From: a virus
Lineage: Duplodnaviria > Caudoviricetes
Virus record (IMG/VR): IMGVR_UViG_3300017828_000080
Coordinates: 1 to 51,314 of that record
DNA length: 51,314 nucleotides
Reading direction: 5' to 3' (one strand)
Numbering within the stretch: position 1 is the first letter of the stretch; the number at the start of each line of letters is the position of its first letter. The notes below the pieces were generated by a model. That model had not been told where the DNA came from and did not search any database. It worked only from the letters and a program-made list of their open reading frames with translations. Positions 28,436 to 37,036 of this stretch are shown in pieces. The position numbers and the translations under genes were made by a program.

Positions 28436-28576
28436 TTAAACCTCTTCTACTATGGGTTTGTGTTCTTCAAAACAGTTTTTACACATTGTCATAGGTGTCT
28501 CCCCTTCCGAAAGGATAACTGTTACTGTATGTTCGTCTGCTCCATGAAAAGAGCAGTCTGCAACATCACACTTCAT
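28436..28576 (-). CDS. Zinc-finger microprotein (46 aa, not in ORF track)
   Basis: MKCDVADC...MCKNCFEEH; ATGA overlap with the upstream gene. Confidence 0.6.
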   Translation of the reverse strand: MKCDVADCSFHGADEHTVTVILSEGETPMTMCKNCFEEHKPIVEEV

Positions 28577-28800
28577 CTTGACCTCTGTGTATCATACTTA
28601 CGAATTTCCTCGGCTGTTCTTTGAGAAATTTCTTCAATATAATCGTCAATAGCAGGCAACTCTACCACATCAACATTGTCGTAGGAAACAACAACTTCTT
28701 TATCAGGAGCAAGTTTTTTTATTTTGTCTCTTATCACTTCACATTCTTCCCCGCTTGCATCGTTTGGAAGGCTTACATAAATAATATCTCCATTACTCAT
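28573..28800 (-). CDS. Hypothetical protein
   Basis: 75-aa ORF in operon. Confidence 0.6.
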   Translation of the reverse strand: MSNGDIIYVSLPNDASGEECEVIRDKIKKLAPDKEVVVSYDNVDVVELPAIDDYIEEISQRTAEEIRKYDTQRSR

Positions 28801-28905
28801 GCTTTATCACCTTTAACGATTCAGCTTCAATGAAATCCGTGTCTTTCTCAGCGTTACTAGGTACATTTTCCAATGCATCTTGTAGTATTTTTCCTAACAT
28901 ATCTA

Positions 28906-29838
28906 TTAATTCAGCTTCATTGTATTAGCTTCAGTAAATCCATCTAGCTCATAATCCAGATTATAAGCCTCTTCAACTTCTTGAACACTATTAGCACCAC
29001 TCTCTTCAATTTCTTGTAAATGCTTTACAACTTCCCTATGCTTTTCAAATGTAGGACGTGTAAGGCCAAGATACTTAAACCGAAGAATGCCACTTTTCTG
29101 CAAATCCCCAAAGGGTATTCCCCTATCATCAGTGTGGAGACGAATTATTGAGTTGACCTTATACACATTGTCCGTCTCACCGCCCGGTTTATCAGGTGTT
29201 GAATCCATGCTCTCTTCGATTTTTGTACTCAAATCATCCTTCCGTGTTGCAGTCCAAGATACATGATAATCACATCTTTCAAACTCTTGGCGGAATGATT
29301 CATTATGGATTTTCTTAATAGGCCCCCAATCTTCCAATGACAGTTGAACGTCTTCTGGGTCAGCACTAGAGTAATACTTCTCAACATACTTGTACTGTGC
29401 CCACTGCCACATATCCGTCATTGAATCAACAACTACTGTCCCTCTCTCACCGAATTGTGACTCGTATTCAGACAGAAAAGCAAGTGCTTGGTCACGAGCT
29501 TCAACTGCTTCATCAAAGTTATTTGGTTGCCATATTTTAACTGTTTTATCGGAAAACTTATGGGCTATATCATCAGCTTTATGTTCAGTATCGATATAAC
29601 AGACTGGTTCGGGGAATGTATAACAAGCATGGCTTTTGCCAACACTTTCATTACCCCACCAAAGAACTTTCCACTGGTGTTCACTTTCTGCTGCATCTTC
29701 TACATCTACTGCATCTGGCGCTATTTTAGATAAATCAACTTCTCCACTCATACTTTTAGACTCTTTTACCTTTTCTGTATTATCTTCTTCACTTTGCGAC
29801 TGTTCTTTTTCAATGTCTTTTTCATCAGACCATCCCAT
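28906..29838 (-). CDS. AAA_24 / Sak4-like recombination ATPase
   Basis: WGNESVGKS, YIDTE, VVVDS, DWG. Confidence 0.8.
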   Translation of the reverse strand: MGWSDEKDIEKEQSQSEEDNTEKVKESKSMSGEVDLSKIAPDAVDVEDAAESEHQWKVLWWGNESVGKSHACYTFPEPVCYIDTEHKADDIAHKFSDKTVKIWQPNNFDEAVEARDQALAFLSEYESQFGERGTVVVDSMTDMWQWAQYKYVEKYYSSADPEDVQLSLEDWGPIKKIHNESFRQEFERCDYHVSWTATRKDDLSTKIEESMDSTPDKPGGETDNVYKVNSIIRLHTDDRGIPFGDLQKSGILRFKYLGLTRPTFEKHREVVKHLQEIEESGANSVQEVEEAYNLDYELDGFTEANTMKLN

Positions 29839-29886
29839 ACAAGAAGAAAATAAGAGAAGGCAATTAATAAACGTTCCGTTCTACAT

Positions 29887-30204
29887 TTACTCCGAATCTT
29901 CCGAATCGGAGTGTTCAAAATTATTCATAAATTGGTCAACTTCTTTTTCAGACCAAACATTACCTCTATTTCCGTTTTCCCGAATATCATTTGCGAATTT
30001 CACAACTAGTATATATGAAAAAATCGTAAAGGAAATCCAAGTGACAATCAAAGATACAAGAACCGAAGCGGAAAATCGGATATAAGGCCACCAGTTCCCT
30101 CCGGCTTCTGGAGCAAAGAACCAAGTTACAAGAAATGATAGCACTGCCAAACCAATAACTGCTCCAAAAACATACCGCTGTAGTTTTTGAATTTTACCAA
30201 ACAT
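29887..30204 (-). CDS. Two-TM membrane protein
   Basis: Two hydrophobic helices. Confidence 0.65.
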   Translation of the reverse strand: MFGKIQKLQRYVFGAVIGLAVLSFLVTWFFAPEAGGNWWPYIRFSASVLVSLIVTWISFTIFSYILVVKFANDIRENGNRGNVWSEKEVDQFMNNFEHSDSEDSE

Positions 30205-30206
30205 TT

Positions 30207-30473
30207 CTATTCGCCTATAACGAAAAGTGACCCTTGAGAAGTAAAAAATGTTTGTTCATCATCATGATGCATAGTTCTTTTGACTTCTTCCCCAACGGAA
30301 ACTTCAGATTCAAATGTCATTTCAACTTCAACTTCAGAAAAATCACTTCCATAGAATTCAAGAGGCGCAGTTCCATAGTATTCATCTACGCCATCGAAAT
30401 CCATTGAATCGATTTCATTTTCGTTCATAAACACTACCTCTCCATTTGAAAAGTTATTAAAATTTGAAGTCAT
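30207..30473 (-). CDS. Acidic hypothetical protein
   Basis: 88-aa ORF with 2-nt spacing to neighbours. Confidence 0.6.
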   Translation of the reverse strand: MTSNFNNFSNGEVVFMNENEIDSMDFDGVDEYYGTAPLEFYGSDFSEVEVEMTFESEVSVGEEVKRTMHHDDEQTFFTSQGSLFVIGE

Positions 30474-30475
30474 TT

Positions 30476-31486
30476 TTATATCTTTGTCCGTGTTGAACCA
30501 CCGCTAGACTCTGTTCTCTCTGGAATTTCTTCGCCTTCATCTTCTTCATCAACATAACCATCAAACCCATCATCATTTGTGAGGATGGGATAAGCTCCAT
30601 CAGCACTGAAGTTGACTATACCTTCATCTTCCTTTACAGTCCCAAAAAAATCGATAACTGCCCCGGTCCCCCACTCCATTTTGTTCGGTTGTATGAAGCA
30701 CGTCATTCCGGGGGTCGCACTTTCATTCGCTTCTTCTGGGTCAAAGACTGGAGAGTTTTCAATATCTTCATCATCGAATACGGTATCATCTCGAAGCGTG
30801 TACATACCAGTTCCAGTATCCGGGTTCTTGTAGCCATCAAAAACATCAGCACGAATACGCTTTATATCTGAAGAAACATCATACATTTCTCCATCTTCCC
30901 CTCTTGTCTGTTGTGTGATATTATCAGCAATATTTGAAATTGAAACCTCTGGAACCATATCACGGATTTCATCTACAAATTTTCCACGGTCATCAGGACG
31001 AACTACCTCAAAGGATGTATCATCGCCATCAGTCACTTCAAGATGATTCGTCAAGTCACCATCCGAAACTGCGAAATCTCCAGTCACTATATTTCCTACT
31101 TGGCTGAATGCATTATCAACTTCAACTGCAAGTTCTTCATCAAAAACGCGAACTTGACCGAGTTTGGAAGGAACTGAATCATCATTTGGCTCTTCATCGA
31201 CAATAGCAGAGCCAAAGAACATATCTCCATTCGATGTATTACGAACATCTCCTCCAACAGTCAGCATTTCAATTTCTTCTGTCGAAACACGAGACTGTGC
31301 TAGTTCAAGACTCCGAAGTTGTCTTAGTGCAAGATTCTCAATTGTTTCTTTATCAACACCACTCGATTTATCTTCAACCTCTTCATACTTTTCTTTATAT
31401 TTTTCTTTAACCTCTTCAAATGGCACTTCCTTCTTTTCAGCTATCTTTTCAAGATGTGCAATCGTATCGTCACTGACTTCTGGCAT
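30476..31486 (-). CDS. Putative RPA-like single-stranded DNA-binding protein
   Basis: Helical N-terminus like archaeal RPA, beta-rich OB-like body, acidic tail; next to RadA and Sak4-like genes. Confidence 0.55.
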   Translation of the reverse strand: MPEVSDDTIAHLEKIAEKKEVPFEEVKEKYKEKYEEVEDKSSGVDKETIENLALRQLRSLELAQSRVSTEEIEMLTVGGDVRNTSNGDMFFGSAIVDEEPNDDSVPSKLGQVRVFDEELAVEVDNAFSQVGNIVTGDFAVSDGDLTNHLEVTDGDDTSFEVVRPDDRGKFVDEIRDMVPEVSISNIADNITQQTRGEDGEMYDVSSDIKRIRADVFDGYKNPDTGTGMYTLRDDTVFDDEDIENSPVFDPEEANESATPGMTCFIQPNKMEWGTGAVIDFFGTVKEDEGIVNFSADGAYPILTNDDGFDGYVDEEDEGEEIPERTESSGGSTRTKI

Positions 31487-31536
31487 ATTGCGTCTCTATC
31501 TTCTATGGGGATAAATAAAAGGCTTGTGTTTACGAG

Positions 31537-32436
31537 TCAATTCACTCCTTCAATGTCTTCATTATTAATATCAATTAAAACTGATGTATCCCCAGTTGAA
31601 GGATGTTGTTGTACTTCTGCTTCAAATAACTCACCTTTACCATTACTCATATGTATATGAAAAGTAGATGTATGCTTAATTTTTGAACCACCATATTGAA
31701 GTACATTCTTCCCATAACTATCGGGGTTTTTGTATGCTTGATTAGTAAATAGTACAGGGCATTCTAGTCTTTCAGCTAATTCTTCTAGTTTAATAAGATG
31801 TCTACCTAGTTCATCTGAACGTTCAGATAGTTTTTTCCTTCCTTCAAAATCAGATGACAATCTTATTCTAGCTGTAAGTGAATCAACTACTACTACAGAT
31901 GCTTCGTTAAAGGTTTCTATAACTTTATCGTATGAACTATATTGCTTATCTAGAGAATATGCTTTTACTCTGTGTATATTTTCTAGAGTATCACTACTAG
32001 AAGATAATGATTTAGTTCTTTCTGGTCTAAATCTATCTTTTTCAGTTTCAATTAATATAGACGGTTTGTTCGTTTGTTCGTATCCTTCAACTAGTAGTTT
32101 TTGTGCTAACTGGGACTTACCTGTTGCACTTTCTCCCCAAATACTAATTACAGCATTTTCTTCAAATCCTCCTTCTAGCGCATTATCTAGTTTACTTATA
32201 TTAGAACTAATTTTGTTTTTATTTTCGTATTCTTCCTCTACTTCTATACCTGTTTGTATTTCAATAGTATTTTGTTTAGCTTCATATTTAAAGTCTTTAG
32301 CTCTAGAAGAACTTATTCCTGATTCAGTTATTTGTTCTATAGAAGAATTAGCAAGTTCATCTATGTTTTCTATTCCTATTTTATTTAATGATTCTTCAGT
32401 GCTAGGACCTAGACCGGATATATCTTGTAAGTCCAT
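31537..32436 (-). CDS. radA: RadA-family recombinase
   Basis: N-terminal HhH (DISGLGP), LDNALEGG, WGESATGKSQ, IETE..FRPER, VVDSL, FTNQ, GG...H. Confidence 0.88.
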   Translation of the reverse strand: MDLQDISGLGPSTEESLNKIGIENIDELANSSIEQITESGISSSRAKDFKYEAKQNTIEIQTGIEVEEEYENKNKISSNISKLDNALEGGFEENAVISIWGESATGKSQLAQKLLVEGYEQTNKPSILIETEKDRFRPERTKSLSSSSDTLENIHRVKAYSLDKQYSSYDKVIETFNEASVVVVDSLTARIRLSSDFEGRKKLSERSDELGRHLIKLEELAERLECPVLFTNQAYKNPDSYGKNVLQYGGSKIKHTSTFHIHMSNGKGELFEAEVQQHPSTGDTSVLIDINNEDIEGVN

Positions 32437-32612
32437 TCTAGTAAACTAGTGTAATAGACTACAGTACTTAAGTCTTATGAGTTTGTTTTAATTCTCTACG
32501 TAGCTAGATATACTAGTCTAGAAACTAATTATATACAGCAACGCAACCGCTACAGCAAGGACATCGAAACATTTATACATATCATAATATAATTAAAGTA
32601 TGTGAGGAAGTC
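32437..32612. promoter_or_regulatory. Divergent promoter region between the two transcription arms
   Basis: Minus strand CATAAGACTTAAGTA near 32465-32479; plus strand CGAAACATTTATAC at 32565-32578; AT- and CTAG-rich. Confidence 0.65.
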
Positions 32613-34139
32613 ATGTCTGATATAACCAATCTATCTCCGAAGCAAAAGGAAGTTTATGATAAATTACCTGATACTAGGAACAATATAGCTGAAGAACTTG
32701 AGATTTCAGCCAGAGCGGTTCGTTATAGAATGAACGCTATGGAGAATCATTCTGGTATTCAATTTGAAAGAAATGAAAATGGCATTTGGTCTGTCTCAGA
32801 AGGTTCAGAATCGATTTATTCTGAAGATGGGGGAAACATCGTAGATGGAAATGAAACCGATTCTGACCATGATTCTGACCATGATACACAAGAATCTGAG
32901 GAGAGTGATGAAAAGCTCGTTGTGAAAGAACTGGGAGAAGTGGAGGTGGAAACTGAACCTAATATTGATAATCTAACAACCAGAGAAGAATATATATTAG
33001 GACAGTTGGAGACTGGTTCGACAATCGATGAACTTGCTGATGATTTGGGAATAAGACGGTCAGTTGTTCGTCAAAACCTCAAGGAAGTGAAAAGGAGGGG
33101 ATGGGATATTTACCATGATAAAACAGCAGATAGGATAGCAATTGAATCTGACCATCCTATACGTTCTTCAGAACATAAAGGAACAAGAACTAGAAAAGCA
33201 AACCGATGGTGGGAATTAAATCATAATCAACTTGTTCGGGAATTTCGTGGACTTCAAAGACCCAGTACAAAACTAGTTTCTAATGAAGGTAATGAAGACT
33301 GGGTTACTCACATGACGGACCTCCATGCTGGTGATATTGTCCGTACTGATAGCAGTGAAGTGACTTATGAAACTGATATGATACCTGATATTATTGATTA
33401 TATCACTAATCAGTCTCTATCTCTTTCCGACAAGCATGACAGTCAATATGATACTGCCCATCTACTTTGGGGCGGGGACTTTTTAACAGGCGAAGCAATA
33501 TATGAAGGTCAATTTGAAGATTTGGATGCTTGGCTTGATGAACAGCATAGTGTCCTCATGAGTCCTCTCATTAGACAAATTAAAGCATTTTCTGAAGAGT
33601 TTGAAACTGTACAAGTTGTTTGTCAAGTTGGTAATCATGGTCAACATCGAGCAAGCGGAACAAGCCGTCAAGCGAATGCAGATTTAATACTATACAAAAG
33701 TATTCGGAATACTATATCGGAGATTATAAAATATTCAGAAGGCATATTAGAAAACGTTGAAATGTTAATTGGTCAAGCGAAACCATATAGAAACTTCAAT
33801 CTTCGTGGTGGTAAAATAGACGGTCATTTACGACATGGAGAAAATAGGAATCCACAAGCGGAAACATCTGCACGAAGTAATGAATGGAGAGGTACTTTAA
33901 TTGACCATAATTTTGATATTTGTTGGATGGGCCATCATCATATTTCTGGCCGTATTCCTTGGGGTGGACCACCTATTTTCGTTTCGCCTTCACCGAAACC
34001 CTCTAGTAGTTATGTCGAAAAACTTGGAGGTCGTGTCAATGGTAAATATCAGCCAGTCGCAACAGTTCATGGGGTTTCAGATGATGGAGTAACTGGAGTT
34101 TATCCAGTTGATATGCGTAATTTTGAGTTTTCTGAATAA
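32613..34139 (+). CDS. Double-HTH + calcineurin-like metallophosphoesterase
   Basis: HTHs IAEELEISARAVRY and DELADDLGIRRSVV; TDLHAG, GGDF, GNHG, RHG, GHHH. Confidence 0.82.
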   Translation: MSDITNLSPKQKEVYDKLPDTRNNIAEELEISARAVRYRMNAMENHSGIQFERNENGIWSVSEGSESIYSEDGGNIVDGNETDSDHDSDHDTQESEESDEKLVVKELGEVEVETEPNIDNLTTREEYILGQLETGSTIDELADDLGIRRSVVRQNLKEVKRRGWDIYHDKTADRIAIESDHPIRSSEHKGTRTRKANRWWELNHNQLVREFRGLQRPSTKLVSNEGNEDWVTHMTDLHAGDIVRTDSSEVTYETDMIPDIIDYITNQSLSLSDKHDSQYDTAHLLWGGDFLTGEAIYEGQFEDLDAWLDEQHSVLMSPLIRQIKAFSEEFETVQVVCQVGNHGQHRASGTSRQANADLILYKSIRNTISEIIKYSEGILENVEMLIGQAKPYRNFNLRGGKIDGHLRHGENRNPQAETSARSNEWRGTLIDHNFDICWMGHHHISGRIPWGGPPIFVSPSPKPSSSYVEKLGGRVNGKYQPVATVHGVSDDGVTGVYPVDMRNFEFSE

Positions 34140-34174
34140 AGAAAGTGTATTTATTTAAAATATTCAGTTTAAAA

Positions 34175-34189
34175 CGTAAGGTTTATATA
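34175..34189 (+). promoter_or_regulatory. Probable late-operon promoter
   Basis: CGTAAGGTTTATATA upstream of the packaging/structural genes. Confidence 0.6.
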
Positions 34190-34330
34190 CCCCCGGCTAT
34201 TAAGTTAAAATAAGAAATAAAAGAAAACAAACCCAAAACGTTGTTCGAGTCATCTTAAAGGCTACTGGTTTTTCCACTGCTTGACACGATGGCAAAATGA
34301 CGTAAAACGGGGGAGAGTTTATCAATAAAT

Positions 34331-34837
34331 ATGTATCAAAAGCCAGACTTTCTTTTTGGAGAAGAAAACGAAGATTCGACGTTCGTTTCAGAAATAGAGA
34401 GAGACAGTAATATTTGTAACTCTTGCTATCGTAAAGTGAGAGAACATTTTCCGACAGTTAATGATATTGCGTCTCCCATAACAGAATATGAAGATAATGT
34501 AGAATTTGAATATTTCGATGATTTCAAAGAGTCTGGCCGTGCTAACGCCCACAAGCCATATTGTGAGTGTGGTGCTGTCGATTGGCAAGACGCTAGAATA
34601 CGTCCGATTGATGATGAAGAAATGATTACGATTGCTGAAAGAATTTCTTCACATCTGAATGAAAGGGGAATATCTCATAGTAAAGAGAATTTAGTCCGTT
34701 TTGTTGAAGAACATTGCCGTTTACCTCAGTATCAAGATAGAGAAGAGTTAGTTTTTGAAAAGGCCGTTGCTCTTTCTAAAGATAGTTTAAAGACAGACGC
34801 TCCTGATATTAAAATTGTTGAAGAATATGAAGAGTGA
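34331..34837 (+). CDS. Zn-binding hypothetical protein
   Basis: CNSC...YCECG. Confidence 0.7.
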   Translation: MYQKPDFLFGEENEDSTFVSEIERDSNICNSCYRKVREHFPTVNDIASPITEYEDNVEFEYFDDFKESGRANAHKPYCECGAVDWQDARIRPIDDEEMITIAERISSHLNERGISHSKENLVRFVEEHCRLPQYQDREELVFEKAVALSKDSLKTDAPDIKIVEEYEE

Positions 34838-35054
34838 ATTTATTTTAGAGAAATTAGAAAAGTACGGTGAACTGCATCTTGTCGTAGATGAACATGATGC
34901 TATTTCTGGAGATGAAGAGTATATCGGATTACGTAACAGTGAGAATGTTGAAATTTCAGATGGGTATATAGAAATTAATGACGGCAGAAAACCCCATTGG
35001 ATAGATTTAGAATCTGTTATTTACGTTACACCTGCTCAAGAATTTCCTGATTAA
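34827..35054 (+). CDS. Small hypothetical protein
   Basis: MKSEFILEKLEKYGELHLVV...; overlaps the upstream stop. Confidence 0.65.
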   Translation: MKSEFILEKLEKYGELHLVVDEHDAISGDEEYIGLRNSENVEISDGYIEINDGRKPHWIDLESVIYVTPAQEFPD

Positions 35055-35064
35055 TTTTTGACTT

Positions 35065-35613
35065 ATGTTGGATGAAGAAGAAGTCGAAGAGTGCGGAGAG
35101 CCATATGCCACTAAGGAAGGACTTTGTAAACACGATGGAATATTTTCTGACGGAAAATGTGGCTATCACACTGATGATGATTTAAGTGATTATGACCCTG
35201 CTAAAAGCGGAAAGCATGGCCTTCACAAAAGTAACTATTACAAGGATTTACCTGAAGATGAAAAAACTTTCATTGATGTAGTTGCTGATAATCTCCTGCA
35301 AAAATCCTATTACACAAAAGAAGACAAGGCAATGGTAAAGAAGTGCCGTCAGATTGCTATTGATATACATCAGAAAGACAGGGCTGATGGGTATATCTCG
35401 AAAAAGGGAATGACACAAGAAAATACTGTTGGAATCCATGAAGTACACGGTGAAATAACTGAAACAGCAGAAAATACTTTGTTTATAACTAAAGACCGTC
35501 TTAGCCGCGAAGCACGTCTTTCTATGAAAGATTTGGGTGTTCTAGATGAGGATACATCAGACAATCTTAGTGATGATAAAACGGTTTTAGATTCTCTTTC
35601 GGAAGATAACTGA
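35065..35613 (+). CDS. Putative terminase small subunit
   Basis: C..C..C..H knuckle, KHGL motif, C-terminal MKDLGVL; directly upstream of TerL. Confidence 0.7.
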   Translation: MLDEEEVEECGEPYATKEGLCKHDGIFSDGKCGYHTDDDLSDYDPAKSGKHGLHKSNYYKDLPEDEKTFIDVVADNLLQKSYYTKEDKAMVKKCRQIAIDIHQKDRADGYISKKGMTQENTVGIHEVHGEITETAENTLFITKDRLSREARLSMKDLGVLDEDTSDNLSDDKTVLDSLSEDN

Positions 35614-35618
35614 TATTT

Positions 35619-37034
35619 ATGTCTCATAGTATATCAAAAAAGACGAAGAAGAAACTTCGTGAAAGTCCTTCTTTCTTCGTCATAAAGATTTTAGATGACC
35701 CATCTACTGATGAGACTGTAGAACCGTATGAATATCAGAAAAAGTTCTTAGACGAAGACCACGACAGGAAAGTAGTTGTTGCTGGCCGACAGTGTGGTAA
35801 GACTACTATGATGGCTTGGCTAGCTCTTCATGAATTTATAATGTATCCTAATCGTCGTATTTTACTTGTCGCTCCAACTAAAAGGCAAGCCAAAAACTTC
35901 ATGAGGAAATTGAAAGCCGAAATACGACATTGGTTACGCAATGAAGATGAATATGGTTTAGATACAGTTCAAAAAATGCGGATTGAGGGGAGTAATGGCA
36001 GTTGGATACAAGCTGTCCCGGCATTGGAAGAAACAATCCGTGGACTTACTATTGATTCTGCTTTTATTGATGAAGCGGCCTTCATTGAACGTCAAATATT
36101 CACAAGCGTAATCAGCCCTATGCTGGCTACTACAAATGGTCAATTTGTTTTGGGTTCTACTCCTTGGGGCAAAGAAGGGTATTTATATAAGAAATTTGAC
36201 GAAGACGATTATTGGTACAGTCAAAGAGTCGCTTCAATGGAGAATCCTGAAATCTCTTCTCGGCAGGTTGATGAGTGGAGAAGGGATATGACGAGTACTG
36301 AGTTTGAACGTGAAGTTTTAGCTCTTTTCTCTGAAAAGAAAAATGCCTTCTTTTCCCGCAAAGATGTTAATAGGTGTCTTGAGTGGGCTAAAGAGATTCC
36401 TGATGATGCAAATGTATTATACCCAGACAGAGAAGGCCGAGATTGTTACATGGGAGTTGACCCCGCTACTGGCGGAGATGATGAAGCAGTCATAACAACT
36501 ATCGATACCGAAGGTAATGTCTTTGATATTAAATCATTCACTGAAAATACTATACCAGAACTTGAGGGTGAAATTAGAAGTATTCTGAAATCAGATGACC
36601 GAAATTATATTTCTGGATATATAGAAGAAAATGGAATTGGAGAAGGTACTGTTGATAGATTTGAGAATACTTTTTCACCAATTCAAGGCTTCCGTACAAC
36701 ATTAAGAAGTAAAGAATCTATTTATCAGACTGCTAAAAATAAGATGCAGAAAGACAAAATAAATATTCCTGATTATGAATCTTTGAAATCGCAACTTCGC
36801 ACTATTGAGTACGAACAAACAACAAGAGGGAATAAAAAGATTCATGCGCCTCAAGGTGAACATGACGATTATGCCGATTCATTTATTCTTGCTGTTGCTT
36901 CTATGAGTGGAGAGTCCTTTGTTGAAAGGCAAAAGCAAGCGTATAACTTTGGACGTTCAACTTCTAAAACAAGAAACGATAGAAGTTTCCGTACACAGAA
37001 ATCGAGAAATAAATTTCGGACTTATAGATTGTAA
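35619..37034 (+). CDS. terL: Terminase large subunit
   Basis: PYEYQ, AGRQCGKT, IDEAA, STPWG, GVDPA, HDDYADS. Confidence 0.95.
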   Translation: MSHSISKKTKKKLRESPSFFVIKILDDPSTDETVEPYEYQKKFLDEDHDRKVVVAGRQCGKTTMMAWLALHEFIMYPNRRILLVAPTKRQAKNFMRKLKAEIRHWLRNEDEYGLDTVQKMRIEGSNGSWIQAVPALEETIRGLTIDSAFIDEAAFIERQIFTSVISPMLATTNGQFVLGSTPWGKEGYLYKKFDEDDYWYSQRVASMENPEISSRQVDEWRRDMTSTEFEREVLALFSEKKNAFFSRKDVNRCLEWAKEIPDDANVLYPDREGRDCYMGVDPATGGDDEAVITTIDTEGNVFDIKSFTENTIPELEGEIRSILKSDDRNYISGYIEENGIGEGTVDRFENTFSPIQGFRTTLRSKESIYQTAKNKMQKDKINIPDYESLKSQLRTIEYEQTTRGNKKIHAPQGEHDDYADSFILAVASMSGESFVERQKQAYNFGRSTSKTRNDRSFRTQKSRNKFRTYRL

Positions 37035-37036
37035 TT

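Noticed and set aside
636-31660. Numerous plus-strand ORFs in the left arm (and minus-strand ORFs in the right arm)
   Set aside because: Shadow frames of well-supported genes; lack the acidic composition and motifs
32859-32885. 12-bp tandem repeat GATTCTGACCAT
   Set aside because: About two copies encoding DSDH in a linker; simple slippage
34190-34330. Possible riboswitch or structured leader before the late operon
   Set aside because: Only short complementarities (GTCAT/ATGAC); no recognisable aptamer
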